DNA from: Eledone cirrhosa | Lineage: Eukaryota | Direction of reading: 5' to 3' | DNA: 64,000 nt | NCBI GenBank assembly: GCA_964016885.1 | Contig: OZ024743.1 | Span: 74,772,001 to 74,836,000 of the forward strand | Part shown: piece after piece, positions 1 to 13,466 of the stretch | Layout: the number at the start of each line of letters is the position of its first letter | Numbering within the stretch: the first letter of the stretch is position 1 | The notes under the pieces: model-generated | The model's database searches: none | What the model was told of the DNA's origin: nothing | The model's input: the letters and a program-made list of their open reading frames with translations, nothing else | Position numbers and translations under genes: made by a program

Positions 1-134
1 GAGCCCTCCTGCTGATTTGCATTCTCTACCACATGCTTGGCAAGCATGATGAGTAGCATCTCCAACAGCAGCCTGGTAGTCAACCACTGGTCTTACTTTA
101 TGACTGCGAAGATGACTTTCGAGTCCAGCTTTGC

Positions 135-2111
135 TTAGGCAGAGTCTCGCACAGACGCTGCATGCCAGCACCATAGGAGGACCCTCTCCGTCTGGAAGTG
201 CAACAGCAATGCGTTCCTCACATCCCGCTTTACTTTCTTGTATGCGATTCGAGATGCCTCAAAGGCAACTTTTCCCTCATATACAGTCTTTCTCCATTTA
301 TCACGACCAGCAGCAATATTTTCCCATGTATCAGCAGAGATGTTAGCGTCTTTCAAAGAGGCTTTCAAGGAATCCTTATACCTCTTTTTTGGTTTATGTG
401 GCGGTCGTTTTCCTTTAACCAACTCTCCATAAAAGAGTTGTTTTGGTATTCTAGAATCCTTCATCCTGGCAAGGTGACCACTCCAACGGAGTCGTTGCTT
501 AAGCACAAGAGCTTCTATACTGTCACAGATAGAGCTTTCCAAAATCTCGACATCACTGATGTGGTCCCTCCAGTGAAAGCCATGGATCCGTCTGAGACAC
601 ATCTGATGGAAACGCTCCAATTGCCTAAGGTGGTGCCGATATGTGACCCAGGTCTCGCAGGCATAAAGAAGACAAGAAAGCACACATGCCTTGTACACCT
701 TTACCTTTGTCCTCCTGCATATGTCTCGCCGACCCCAGAGTCGCCTTTCTAGCTTTCCGAAAGCATCACTTGCTTTCCTAATACTAAGTGAGATTTCACT
801 GTCAAGGTTGCTGTATCGATTGACAGTGCTTCCCAGGTAGACAAACTGATCAACCATTCCAAGTCGTTTACTATACACATAGATATTTGGTTCAGTGTAC
901 TGCTTACCAGGGGCAGGTTGGTACTTGACGACGGTTTTCTTGAGACTGACAGTCAATCCTAGGGCAGTGCAAGCGTCAGAAAATGCATTCAAAATGTGCT
1001 GCATATCACTCTCTGTGTGCGCTACAAGATCGCAATCATCTGCATACAAGAGGTCTCTTATGATTGATGTAAATAATTTTGTCTTTGCAGCTAAGCGCCT
1101 GATGTTAAATATGCTGCATGAGGTTCGATATCGGATGTAAACACCATGCTCGCAATTCCTGAATGCAATACAGAAAGCCATTGCAAAGTATATGGCAAAC
1201 AGGGTCGGTGCTGGAATATCCCCCTGTTTCACTCCATTTTTTACTGAGATAGGCTCCGACATGTTACCTCCGACATTAACCCAAGCCTTCATGTCGTCAT
1301 GGAAAGACCTAACTAAAGTAAGGAACTTATCAGGGAAACCAAGTTTCTGGAGAACCTTCCATAATGCATCTCTGTTAACAGTATCGAAAGCTTTTGTCAG
1401 ATCGACAAAAATCTGATACAGATCCAAACTTTGTTCCATGCACTTATCCTGGAGCTGTCTAGCTGAGAAGATCATATCAGTAGTGCCGCGTCCAGCACGA
1501 AAACCAGATTGACTTTCAGGAAGAACACAATCTGCAATGTGTGTCAGCAGACGGTCCAGAAGCACACTACATAAAACTTTCCCTACGACAGAAAGCAATG
1601 ATATACCTCTGTAGTTCCCACAATCATTCCTGTTACCCTTTCCCTTGTACAAGACCACCATTACTGCATCTCTCCAGTCTTCAGGTACGGATTCATTAGC
1701 CCATATCCTGCCAAACAAAGAGTGAAGATGTTGCAGGAGTCTCTCACCACCATATTGTAGGAGCTCAGCATGTATGCCATGCATACCTGGAGACCTTCCA
1801 CTGTTCACCTTCGAGATAGCCACTGCAACCTCCACAAGCGTCGGAGGCTCTGCGAGAGCTACTTTCACAGGACTTTCTGGAATGAGATTGAGGAAATCTT
1901 CACTGACGACAGACGGCTGATTCAAAAGATCATCAATGTGCTCTCGCCACCTTCGTAGAATTCCTTGTGAGTCACGAAGAAGTTCTTTGCCATCCTTGCT
2001 GCGAAGCGGTGTCACCAGAGAAGAAGACGGTCCATAAACCTCACGCAAGAGACTACAACAGCTTTGTGTTATTGGAATCTGACGCAGTTTGTATCTCACC
2101 AGCCTTCTCAC
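135..2111 (-). pseudogene. RTE reverse transcriptase portion of a frameshifted ORF
   Basis: NYRGISLLS, QSGFR, DLTKAFD, GVKQG, YADD, YLGS motifs. Confidence 0.9.
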
Positions 2112-3260
2112 TCCACCACTGATCCTTCATCTGCGAAAGATTCCGCCTAACACGTGATTTTACATCCTTGAGTTCCTCATGCAACGTATTCCTCTCCTGT
2201 GGTTTTACCGTCAAGTAGCGTGACAGAGCACGCCTCTTATCAGCCAACAAGTCTTCTATATGCACATCATTCTCATTAAAACAGTCCTCATGTTTTCTCT
2301 GCACCAATCCCAGGACACGCCTGCCTACATCATAAACCGACTTTTTAAGGGTCGGCCAATCCTCACCAAGATCTGCATCCTGCATCTCTTCTTCCAATGT
2401 CCTCTTCACATTTTTATCCTTAAGACGAGCAGCATTCAATCTTTTGGGCAGGGCAACACCAGGAGCCCGGATTTTACGTTTAGTGATTAGTTTCACTTTT
2501 GCGCGTACCAGGCGGTGGTCCGTCCAGCACTCAACTCCACGAAGAACTCGAACACACTGCACATCCTGTCTGTCACGCGTCCTGACTAGGACGTAGTCCA
2601 AAAGATGCCATTCCTTAGATGCAGGATGCATCCATGTGGTCTTGAATTTGTTCTTTTGTTGGAACATGGTGTTGGTAACACACAGATCCAGCTGCTCACA
2701 CATCTGCAGCAGGAGCATACCATTGTTGTTACACTTTCCCACCCCATGCCTTCCGATTACATTCCATGTGTTAAAATCCCTACCCACTCTAGCATTAAAG
2801 TCACCAAGCACGATGACTTTGTCTGTCTGAGGGATATTTCTTAAAACACCTTTCAAGGCATGGTAAAAGGACAGTTTATCTTCATCGACAGAATTCCTAG
2901 TTGGAGCATACACACTCACCAGGGTCGCATATCTTCCTTTGTCCAGCGGAATTCTCATGGACATAAGACGCTCACTAATCCCTACTGGGAATTCTTCTAA
3001 TTTATTCACAAGAACAGTCTTAACAGCAAATTCTACCACAGCTTCTCTTCTGGTTCCTTCATCTCTTCCTTTCCAGAAGAATGTATATTCTCCACAAAAT
3101 TCTGTAAGATGACCACCTCCAACTAGCCTCTTCTCATATAAAGATACGATGTCAAGATCGTAACGTCGAAGCTCCTTTGCAACAAGAGCGGTCCTTCGTT
3201 CAGGACGCCCCAAGGAATCCCTGTCAAGCAGCGTCCGTACGTTCCAGCAGCCAAGACTAA
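2053..3260 (-). pseudogene. RTE apurinic-like endonuclease portion
   Basis: WNVRTL, YAPT, GDFNARVG, TWMHP, DY, DH catalytic motifs. Confidence 0.9.
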
Positions 3261-3439
3261 ATGCCTTGTTTGGCTCTATTACAATGGCACGATGACGAGC
3301 GGGCCCAGGCTGTGATAACCTGGGGCCCCTGCCCTTATTACCAATTATCTTTTTTTGTTCCAGAACCTAAATTGCCAATTATCTCTTTTATATTGTTCTG
3401 GAACATCATTGGATTGGGGGAAAAAAAAAAAAAAAAAAG

Positions 3440-3482
3440 TAATAATAATAGTAACAATAATAATAATAATAATAATAATAAC
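3440..3482. repeat. (TAA)n microsatellite, left flank of R4/Dong element
   Basis: direct reading; second (TAA)n at 6406-6423. Confidence 0.95.
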
Positions 3483-6405
3483 TTATGTGGAGTGAAGATG
3501 AAAAAACAAAGGAATTCCCACAAGAAATCTACTTGGCAGGAGAACATCAATCGCCAAATAAATCTTCTCCGATCTGACATAGAAATTTAAAAAAACTATA
3601 AAGTAGGTGAACATGTTAAACAAACTAAACTTAGAAAATTGAAAAGAAAGTACAGTATAAAACCAACAAGTGACATAGGCATGCTGATAGAAATAATCAA
3701 GCAAAAAGTGTCGGCCAAATCTGCTCGTATAAGGCGCTTTGAAAAACGATCTAGATTCTATAAGGACAATAATATGTTCAAAACCAACCAAAGAAACTTG
3801 TACAGAAAAATTGGCAAGTCAACAATAACTGTTAAATCAATACCACCCAAGTGCAAGAATTCTGGGAAAAGATCTGGGCCGAAGAAAAAGTTCATAATAT
3901 ACATGCCCCATGGATAGACAGACAAATGAAAGATACAGCTCACCTTGAGGAAAAAATATGGGAAAATATAACGGTTGAACAGTTGCGTTTGGCTCTAAGA
4001 AAAACCAGCAAATGGAAATCCCCAGGAAAAGACAAAATACAAAATTTTTGGATAAATGCCTTCACATGAGCTGTTAGCCCAACTTTACAATGAAATAGTT
4101 AAGGAGCCAGAAAAGATACAATCATGGCTAGTTAACGGCATTACATTCCTGCTTCCGAAGAATGATGAGACAAACAATCCCAAAAATTACAGACCGATAA
4201 CTTGCTTGACCACAATGTATAAAACTTTAACATCAGTCCTAACTGAATATACATATGACCACCTGATAACAAATGACCTATTTCCCATTGAGCAGAAAGG
4301 GTGTAAACGAGGCTCATATGGCTGTAAGGATCAGCTTTTGGTTAACAACATGATACTGGATGATTGTTATAATAGACACACAAATATATCAATTGCTTGG
4401 ATAGATTATAAAAAAGCATTCGATAGTTTGCCACACAGTTGGATTGAAAAATGTTTAAAGATTTTCAAAATATCCCCCGTTGTCAGGAGGTTTTTGTCAT
4501 TCAGTATGAAGACATGGAAAACGACACTCCTTTTGAATAGTGAAACAAAATCACTGGAAGCTGGAGAAGTTAATATTAATTGTGGAATTTTTCAGGGTGA
4601 CTCTTTATCACCGCTTTTATTCTGCATCGCACTTATACCATTAAGTAAAATGCTCAATGAAACAAAACATGGATATAAAGTCTATGACAAAACCATTAAT
4701 CACTTGTTCTACATGGATGACCTGAAACTATTTGCAAAAAATGATGAACAATTGCAAGGGCTATTATCCACTGTGGAGCAGTTCAGTGATGACATTAAAA
4801 TGGAGTTTGGACTAGATAAATGCGCCAAAGCAACGTTCACCAGAGGAAAGCTGCTGAAAAGTTCAGACATTAATCTTAATCGGGGGAACGTGATAAGAGA
4901 ACTTGATCAAGAAAAAACTTACAAATATCTAGGTGTTTGTGAAGGAGACGGAATCAAGCACTCGACAATGAGGGAAAGGATAAGGAAGGAATGTTACCGC
5001 AGAGTAAGAGCAATCTTAAGAACGGAATTGAATGCAACGAATAGGATCGATGCCATAAACACGCTTGCCATACCAGTAGTAACCTACAGTTACAATGTCA
5101 TCAACTGGTCAAGCACAGAGATCCGTAGGCTCGATACAAAAATGCGAAAATTCTTAACCATGCACAGAATGCATCACCCTAAGGCAGATATAGATAGAAT
5201 ATATCTCCCTAGGAAAGAAGGAGGACGTGGGTTAATCCAGTTAGACATTGCGTTGAAAACTGCAACAATTGGATTATCTACATATCTAAGGGAATCACAT
5301 GATTGGATGATCAAACTCGTTTTGAAACACGAAAGCATCAAAAGATCATATTCCATTACAAAAGATGCACAAAGATACAGTAATGGACTACAAATTTCAG
5401 AAGTCCCATTTACTGGTGAAATGGAAAACACTGAAAAAGCAAAGCAGGTAAAAGTAACTTCAAAGAAAGAACTGCTACAGAAACTGGCTAAGAAATGGCA
5501 AGAAAAGCCTCTGTATGGAAAATACCCAGAACGAGCTAACAATCCTGATGTTGACAAAATTTTAACCCATCAGTGGTTGGCATCCTCTGGACTGAAATCG
5601 GAGACTGAAGGACTGATTATATCAGCACAAGATCAGTGTCTGCCAACAAAAAATTACCAAGCCAACATAATAAAAAATGGATGCAGTCCAGTATGCCGTG
5701 TATGTAAAAAACAACCAGAGACCATTGACCATATAATTTCAATGTGCAGTCCTATAGCTCCAACCGAATACCTAAACAGGCATGACAGAGCTACACAATA
5801 CATACATTGGATAATGTGTAAGAATTTTGACCTGCCCCATCAAAAGAATTGGTGGGAGCATCAACCACCTCCCATACTTGAAAAAGATCACATCTCAATC
5901 TTGTGGAACTTTAGCATCCAAACAGACCGAAAAATAGATGCAAATAGACCTGATATAATATTGAAGGACTTTAAAAAGAGGGTATGCTTGCTAATTGATA
6001 TGTCCGTTCCAATAGACAAGAATGTATCTATAAAAACATTTGAAAAATTGAGCAAGTATAAGGACCTGGAGATAGAAATTGGGAAAATGTGGAAATTGAG
6101 AACTAAAACAATACCAGTGGTTGTAGGCGCTCTAAGAATGATACCTAAGGGGTCTAATGATTACTTATCGCAAATCCCAGGAAACCCGCGTATAGGAGAA
6201 ATACAAAAGATAGTACTAATGGGAACTGCCCATATACTAAGGAAGATTCTGTCAATATAAGTACATCACAAGTCTAAACACTAAAGATGCATGTGTGAGT
6301 ATGTATGTTCTTTCTTGAACATGGCGGACCTTGTTGTCTCTTGAGGTCACTGGTTGTGACTTGGTGATAACTCGTATGAACATAAAGCAAGATAAATGCA
6401 GCTGT
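3483..6405 (+). mobile_element. R4/Dong-clade non-LTR retrotransposon (RT + CCHC + restriction-like endonuclease), 5'-truncated, in (TAA)n
   Basis: frameshifted N-terminal pieces (3639-4069, WKSPGKDKI); RT motifs YRPITCL, EQKGC, DYKKAFDS, GIFQGDSLSP, FYMDD; CRVC..H..C; RHD..RPDI..D..EK..KY; (TAA)n both sides. Confidence 0.92.
4056..6260 (+). CDS. R4/Dong RT-RLE protein, C-terminal 734 aa open (N-terminus disrupted)
   Basis: uninterrupted ORF with RT, zinc knuckle and PD-(D/E)xK RLE motifs. Confidence 0.85.
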   Translation: MPSHELLAQLYNEIVKEPEKIQSWLVNGITFLLPKNDETNNPKNYRPITCLTTMYKTLTSVLTEYTYDHLITNDLFPIEQKGCKRGSYGCKDQLLVNNMILDDCYNRHTNISIAWIDYKKAFDSLPHSWIEKCLKIFKISPVVRRFLSFSMKTWKTTLLLNSETKSLEAGEVNINCGIFQGDSLSPLLFCIALIPLSKMLNETKHGYKVYDKTINHLFYMDDLKLFAKNDEQLQGLLSTVEQFSDDIKMEFGLDKCAKATFTRGKLLKSSDINLNRGNVIRELDQEKTYKYLGVCEGDGIKHSTMRERIRKECYRRVRAILRTELNATNRIDAINTLAIPVVTYSYNVINWSSTEIRRLDTKMRKFLTMHRMHHPKADIDRIYLPRKEGGRGLIQLDIALKTATIGLSTYLRESHDWMIKLVLKHESIKRSYSITKDAQRYSNGLQISEVPFTGEMENTEKAKQVKVTSKKELLQKLAKKWQEKPLYGKYPERANNPDVDKILTHQWLASSGLKSETEGLIISAQDQCLPTKNYQANIIKNGCSPVCRVCKKQPETIDHIISMCSPIAPTEYLNRHDRATQYIHWIMCKNFDLPHQKNWWEHQPPPILEKDHISILWNFSIQTDRKIDANRPDIILKDFKKRVCLLIDMSVPIDKNVSIKTFEKLSKYKDLEIEIGKMWKLRTKTIPVVVGALRMIPKGSNDYLSQIPGNPRIGEIQKIVLMGTAHILRKILSI

Positions 6406-6471
6406 AATAATAATAATAATAATACACTATTAATGCATGCATACATACATACATACATACATACATACATA

Positions 6472-7080
6472 CATGGTGGCTGCCAACTCATTTTCGAGTA
6501 CGGCCACTACTTTATATCCATGTAAGAGAACCCCTACCGAAGCGCTGAACGAGTGTGACTTTTTGGTCCAGCCAGCGACTTGAAAACTCTGGTACAAACA
6601 CTACACTTGTGACAATTATTGACACATAGTGCTGGGCCCATGGTACCATGTGACGGCAAGTGCAGAGAGATCTCCAGATATAAAGCAATGCCTGTGCCGT
6701 GAAGCTTTTATAGTGAGCAAAGGCACTGCACAAAGCCAGTCCCACTCTCTTAACCAAGATGATATTTATCAAAAAGAAGAACAAATCAACATCATTGGAT
6801 ACCATCAGGGTTGCAGGTGTTATATCAGAGTTTTCCTTCTCCTAGAATTCTGCCTTGACAAAGGCTAAGGGGTCATCTCTCCCGGTGATTTTGGATGGCC
6901 ATTGACTCTTAAGAGCTCCTTTGCCCTTTGACAGGTTTGGTTTTTAGTCCTGCAAGATGTCCAAAGTCACCCTCCTCACCAAGAAACCTTGGTGGGGTTG
7001 CCAGTTTAGTCGCCAACGACCCGACCATGAGACAGGTTGTATTGGGAGAAATGTTACCAGTAGCACCAACTGGTGACCTG
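6472..7080 (-). mobile_element. Bipartite non-autonomous RTE derivative, copy A (~610 bp)
   Basis: reverse complement matches 55794-56226 joined to 59657-59836 of the full-length RTE; flanked by (TACA)n. Confidence 0.92.
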
Positions 7081-7105
7081 ACATACATACATACATACAT
7101 ACATA

Positions 7106-7714
7106 CATGGTGGCTGCCAACTCGTTTTCGAGTACGGCCACTACTTTATATCCATGTAGGAGAACCCCTACCGATGCGCTGAACGAGTGTGACTTTTTAG
7201 TCCAGCCAGCGACTTGAAAACTCTGGCACAAACACTACACCTGTGACAATTATTGACACACAGTGCTGGGCCCATGGTACCATGTGATGACAAGTGCAGA
7301 GAGATCTCCAGATATAAAGCAATGCCTGTGCCGTGAAGCTTTTATAGTGAGCAAAGGCATTGCACAAAGCCAGTCCCACTCTCTTAACCAAGATGATATT
7401 TACCAAAAAGAAGAACAAGTCAACATCATTGGATACCATCAGGGTTGCAGGTGTTATATCAGAGTTTTCCTTCTCCTAGAATTCTGCCTTGACAAAGGCT
7501 AAGGGGTCATCTCTCCCGGTGATTTTGGATGGCCATTGACTCTTAAGAGCTCCTTTGCCCTTTGACAGGTTTTGTTTTTAGTCCTGCAGGATGTCCAAAG
7601 TCACCCTCCTCACCAAGAAACCTTGGTGGGGTTGCCAGTTTAGTCGCCAACGACACGACCATGAGACAGGTTGTACTGGGATACATGTTACTAGTAGCAC
7701 CAACTGGTGACCTG
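7106..7714 (-). mobile_element. Bipartite non-autonomous RTE derivative, copy B
   Basis: near-identical to copy A, separated by (TACA)n. Confidence 0.92.
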
Positions 7715-7756
7715 ACACATATATATATACATATATATATACATACATACATATAC

Positions 7757-7789
<33 letters not shown>

Positions 7790-7930
7790 CATATACATAC
7801 ATATATATATACATACATATACATATATATACATATATATATATATACATATATATACATATATATATACATATACATACATACATACATACATACATAC
7901 ATACATACATACATACATACATACATACAT
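7715..7930. repeat. (TA)n/(TACA)n microsatellite
   Basis: direct reading. Confidence 0.95.
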
Positions 7931-7939
7931 AAAAAGAAA

Positions 7940-8832
7940 AAAAATGGACCAATTTACAGAGAAAGTTGTACATAGGCACCTGAGGCGAAAACACAGACCA
8001 TAGAGGGGATAAATCAGTCAAAAAGCCTGGCATGGAGTTCCGACAAGTGTATGACATCCCACTTTGAAGAATATCTCCATGCAATACAGAAACAAGAAAT
8101 CCCTACCAAATATCTGCTACACAAAAGAGGAGGGCCATCAGTCGACAATAAATGTAGGCTTTGTAAAACAAAGATCGAATATGTTAGCCACATTGTTGCC
8201 AGCTGCGAAAGAATGTCGTCTCGCTACTACCTCCCTATGAGACACGGTGTGATGGCTAGAACTGTCCGGAACGCACTTATTAAAACAAAATTAAAAACAA
8301 ATGAGGAGGAATATGTTGAGATAGATGGCACCAAGGAATACTGGTGGAAACTGAAAATAAAACCTGCCACCAAATTAAAGCACAACCGGCCTGATATTAT
8401 TGCTTGGGACCATATATTGAAAACGTGCTCTGTTGTAGATATCAGCTGCCCATTTGATGTCAAAGTTGTAAGAAAAATACAAGAGAAAGCGCATATCTAC
8501 GGGCCATTGATGAGGAGTTTGCAGATCCAGTATTCAAGATGTACATTCAGCTTCATACCCATCATTATTGGAGCCGAGGTTGACTTTGCCTTTCATCCTT
8601 ACGGGGTCGATAAAATAAAGTACCAGTAATGCACTGGGTAATTGCTGGCCTTGTGCCTAAAGTAGAAACAATTATTGGAGCCACAGGTTATATACCAACC
8701 CGCTTGGACCAAAGTATAACTAAACATGGATTTGTGGCGAAAGAGCGCAGCTCTCTAATTCATAGACTACAAATGGCTGTGATAGCTGACACCTTCAACA
8801 GTTGGAAAAGATTCTTGCGATTCAAGGGATGA
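7940..8832 (+). mobile_element. 3' fragment of an RLE-type (R4/NeSL-like) non-LTR retrotransposon, interrupted by a SINE
   Basis: CRLCK..HIVASC knuckle, RH, NRPDII..VDISCP, FIPIIIGA|TG split by the SINE. Confidence 0.8.
8576..8670 (+). mobile_element. 5'-truncated SINE with 12-bp target-site duplication
   Basis: SINE core gcctttcatccttacggggtcgataaaataaagtaccag; ATTATTGGAGCC at 8564-8575 and 8671-8682. Confidence 0.9.
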
Positions 8833-10480
8833 CAATCGCGATGAATCTTGCAGGAATGCCGTACGTGTGTGCGATATTCCACAGCGATTCCCGATGCACA
8901 CTGTCGAATGCCTTCTGGAAATCAATGAAGTTGACCACCAAAGGTTGCTGGAGCTCAACTCATTGTTCGAGGATGCTGCGTAGTGTGAAGATCTGTTCGA
9001 TGCAAGATCGCTTGTTTCGGAAGCAGGCTTGAGCACAGAGTCGACAGCCTGCCGGAGTCGACGCAGTAGCAGAGTGCAGAACGCCTTGCCTGGGACTGAC
9101 AGTAATGTGATACAAAGCCAGTTGTGGCAGTCGGGCAGGTTTCCCTTCTTCGACAGTTTGACGATGACACCGTGTTGCCACTCAAGAGGAACCCAAACAA
9201 CCCTTTAGCAGTGGTTCATCAAGTTTATCAACGCCGTTATCATGTTATCCTCATTGGATTTGAGCAACTCTGTACAGATCTCATCCAGCCTCCCTGCTTT
9301 GCCGTTCCCCAAATCGCTGGTCGCATCTCTCGTCTCCTGCTTGGTGATTTGGTCCTCGCAGACCTTGAGTACTGCAGCGGTTGCTGGAGTCTCTGCGGTT
9401 AAGTCTATCATGTCGACTGGATTTGGTTGGTTCAGCGTCTCCCGGAAGTGCTCCATCCACCTCTGGTCCTGTTCTGCTCTAGTGGTCAATGTCTTGCCAT
9501 TTTTGTCCTTCACTGTTATGTTGGCACTGCTCGACACTCCCGTCAACTCTCTCACGGAATGGAACAGTTTCTTCCTGTCGTTGAGACCAGCAGCTTCCTC
9601 TGCCTCAGCACCTTGTTTCTCCAGCCAGACGTGTTTGTCCCGTCGGCAGCTTCGCTTTTCTAGTTGGTCGATTTAGTGGCATGCCGCATCTCTTTTCCCT
9701 TGGTTTTCCTCGGATTTGGCAGAATCTCGTTCAACTTTCGCCTTCTTTCGTTCATCAATCAGGTCCCACGTTGGTTCCTGGATCCATTGTTCTCTCCTCA
9801 TTCCTCGCCTTCAGCCAACAGTTTCTGGTGCTGCTCTAGTCACTTCTGTCGCAAACATCGACCATTGATCTTGCATATCTGCAGCCTCGCTCAGCTGCTG
9901 GAATCGGTTGTGCAGCGCCAGTTGGTACACTCACGCTTGAACGGGATCCTTCAGCTTCTCCACCGCATACGGCTACGGTCTTTCCTGTCGTGTCCGTTTA
10001 TTTAGGCACAGCAGAAGTTCGGTGGTAATCTGAACCCACGCCTGCACCTCGATACACTCTGGCGTCGCGCACCGGTTGATGCAGACATAGTCGATCTGGT
10101 TGATGCAGACATGGTTGATGCAGACATAGTCGATCTGGTTGATGCAGACATGGTTGATGCAGACATAGTCGATCTGGTTGTGCCTTTTCTGGTCCGGAGA
10201 CTGTCAAGTAGCTTTGTGAATCGCCTTGTGTTTGAAGTATGTGTTGCTGTTGCACAAGCAGTTATGGCGCAAAAGAGCTGCAGTCTCCCGCCGTTGTCCG
10301 TGGTGGTAGCAGCAGAACCGAACGGCCCGGTGATCTGTTCCAGTCCTTGTCTGTTGCAGTCAATCTGATCGTTAAAATCGCCGATCAATAGTTTGACGTC
10401 GTGGCTGGGCAAGATTTTTAATGTGTCCTGCAGCCGTTCCGAGAAGGCGTCCTTTTCAATGTTGTTATAGCTTACTCCTC
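8833..10480 (-). mobile_element. Degraded RTE-like LINE fragment (different family)
   Basis: LLIGDFN (APE), RWMEHFRETLNQP, GKAGRLDEI, QACFRNKRSCIEQIFTLRSILEQ in shifting frames. Confidence 0.8.
10074..10180. repeat. Internal tandem duplication with alternating 24/15-bp units
   Basis: ggttgatgcagacat(agtcgatct) repeated five times. Confidence 0.85.
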
Positions 10481-10599
10481 TCCCAGTCCTGCGTGAGTTA
10501 ACGTCACCAACAACTACTGACATGATCACAGCTTATAATATTCATGGTGAGACTCTTATATGATTAACTTACATAGTGTATGTCTTCATATGCACCTGT

Positions 10600-10756
10600 T
10601 AATATATATGTACATAAATACATACATACGCACGTACATACATGCATATATGCATGTATACACACATGCATACACAAATACATACATATGTACATATACA
10701 TACATACATACATACATACATACATACATACATACATACATACATACATACATACA

Positions 10757-10787
<31 letters not shown>
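10600..10787. repeat. (TACA)n microsatellite
   Basis: direct reading. Confidence 0.95.
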
Positions 10788-10960
10788 GTACCTTCAGATT
10801 TATGCCTGTGATTATTGGGGCACTGGGATATGTTAGTAACTGCCTCAATACAAATCTTGAGAAGCTGGGCTTCATAGAAACAGAAAGAACACGACTAGTT
10901 AGGAAGTACAATCCATTCATGGAACAGTAAAGATATGTAAAACATTCCAACGATTCTGCA
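10788..10960 (+). mobile_element. Short 3' remnant of RLE-type non-LTR element
   Basis: TFRFMPVIIGALGYV resembles RLE C-termini at 6100-6150 and 8540-8700. Confidence 0.6.
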
Positions 10961-11842
10961 TCTAATAACTGCATATACACATGTACAGATACAAAGCGTA
11001 TACATATGCACACATACAACTCAAAACATACACATGCACACATACAATAACATCCATATCTACACATGCATGCATGCAGACATGCAGACATATCTACCTA
11101 GTTGATGTTGCGTTAATTCCAATGAGAGAGTCTTGTAACTATGTTAGAAACCGACTCTCCCTATTGGCAAAAATTTGTGAAATTATAAAACCAGAATAAC
11201 ATATATACATACATAGATACATACATATACTCCTTCAGTAAACTTTGTGAAACCGAAAACTATCCTTCATCCTTCTCATTGTGAGATCATTAAAGTTTTC
11301 CATTATAGTTCCACTGTGAAGTCATTGTTCGTATGATAGACACGCGATATTGTCTTGTTTTGTGACATTGTATGGTCGTTAAGAACATTGTATGGTCGTT
11401 AAAGCAGTATCAAATGCTCTCCGTGAAAACTTATTTTCTCATTGGTTAAATCTGAAATTGAGAAGGTAATCTGATATATATTGCCAACTTTACATTATAT
11501 ATAACATATACTATATGTAATAATCATTCTGGAGCAGCATCGGTCACCGTCGAGACCTCTGACGCCCTCAGGCTTGCTTACCTTGCAAAAATGTAGCTAG
11601 ATCTTATCTAAAGTAAACCCCACCATCTTAAACAAGTAATTTAAGAAGTGTATTGAATGAGCTACAGAATTATTCTTGATTAAAGTTTCATTTCCATTAT
11701 TAGGCAGAGAAGAAAAAAAACCTTTATTTGCAAATCTCAAGAAACTCATTCGATGGCGTTGGTTCACATCACTTATTTTGTTTAGGTTATATTATTGTTT
11801 TATATTATTATCTTATATTGTTATCTTATATTATTATTTTAT

Positions 11843-12030
11843 CGGTGGATTGGCAGTATCGGTGGAGGGTCGGACGCCATGCTTTCCAACATAGTTACGT
11901 CCCTTTACGATCTGAGTTCAAATCCCGCCGAGGTTGACTTTGCCTTTCATCCTTACGGGGTCGATAAAATAAAGTACCAGTAATGTACTGGGTAATTGCT
12001 GGCCTTGTGCCAAAAAGTAGAAACAATTAT
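11843..12030 (+). mobile_element. tRNA-derived SINE (~190 bp)
   Basis: A-box-like tggcagtatcgg, B-box gagttcaaatccc, central gcctttcatccttacggggtcgataaaa resembling the MetaSINE-type core; many copies in window. Confidence 0.88.
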
Positions 12031-12294
12031 ATACTACCGTCTTTAAAAAATAAGAAACATTAATACAATATAATGAAAATTGTTGTGTACAGTGCTCAGG
12101 TGCACTACAATTCATCAAAGGTGCATTTATAGTATATAGAATAATGTACAAAAGTCAGGAAAGTGAACAGTGTATGAGTTATTCTACACACACACACACA
12201 CACACACACAGATACAAACATACATACATACACGCGCGTGCGCGTACACACACACACACAAACACACACATACACATGCGTGCGTGTGTGTGGA

Positions 12295-12620
12295 GGGGGA
12301 ATATGAGGTGAAGTGTTGTTGAATTTCGGGACGTATGCAAGTTTGGAGGGATGCAGTGCCCCGACAGCTAACAACTGATGCAGGTAGTTTGTTCCATGCT
12401 TCAACAACTCTGAACGTAACAAAATGTTTCTGAAAGTCATGGGAGCTGTACTGTTTTCTGATTTGTGTAAACATGTCCACAGGTGTTTGATATATGGAAT
12501 TCAAAAAGGGGCTGCTCAGGTTTGGGTTTGTTGTCGGAAAAATGGTTAATAATATTGGAGGTGTCCTCCAAGTCAGTTGCCAGATGTCGGATCTTTAATG
12601 TATCCATTGCATGATGCAAT
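12295..12620 (-). mobile_element. CR1/L2-like LINE 3' remnant
   Basis: QKHFVTFRVVEAWNKLPASVV matches the CR1 C-terminal FF..RV...WN.LP motif. Confidence 0.7.
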
Positions 12621-13073
12621 TAAAGTTACAGTGACTTAGAAAAAAAGGGGTAGTTATTTCTAGAACGTATTTTTAATTTAGGTTTACCCAGAAAGGGCTA
12701 ATCTAGGGATATAAAAACATGAGATATACGTAAAGAAACTTTTAATTATCAAATGAACAAACGATTCGGTTTATTCCATGTCATATGAAGATCAATGCAG
12801 AATCCATAAAAATCTCCATTATTGAATGGAACAATTGTTTCCCAGATTTTATGGTTATATTTCATCAGTTTTTCTAAAGAGTCATCAAAGCTGTCAAACA
12901 TTAGTTTTAGCGTTGGACAGTTGACATTAATGGTTTTGTAGTTATTTTATCAATAGAATTCGAACACAAATTAGTTCTTTGGGTGATCGAGGAGCTATTT
13001 ATTGAACTGTTCTTAATTATAAATATTTTTCACCACAATCAATGTTTTAGCATTTCGCATTTGTACTTGCACT

Positions 13074-13435
<362 letters not shown>

Positions 13436-13466
13436 AGATAGATAGATATCTTTCTTTAGATAGATA

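Larger units (their letters stand above)
1..3418 (-). mobile_element. RTE-clade LINE (APE + RT + C-terminal C2H2 fingers), frameshifted; 3' end runs off the window start
   Basis: APE motifs (GCWNVRTL, VYAPT, LGDFNARVG, LDYVL, TDHRLV) in 2053-3260; RT motifs (PESQSGFR, FVDLTKAFD, GVKQG, LLYADD) in 135-2111; C2H2 motif CSVCARLCLSKAGLESHLRSH within 1-170; similar to the RTE at 55792-59844. Confidence 0.93.

Noticed and set aside
6512-6868. Recurrent 79-97 aa ORFs in the bipartite element
   Set aside because: Derived from RTE 5' UTR and its antisense; recurrence reflects copy identity, not coding constraint
11843-11930. tRNA gene
   Set aside because: A/B boxes belong to a multi-copy SINE head; no complete cloverleaf could be assembled
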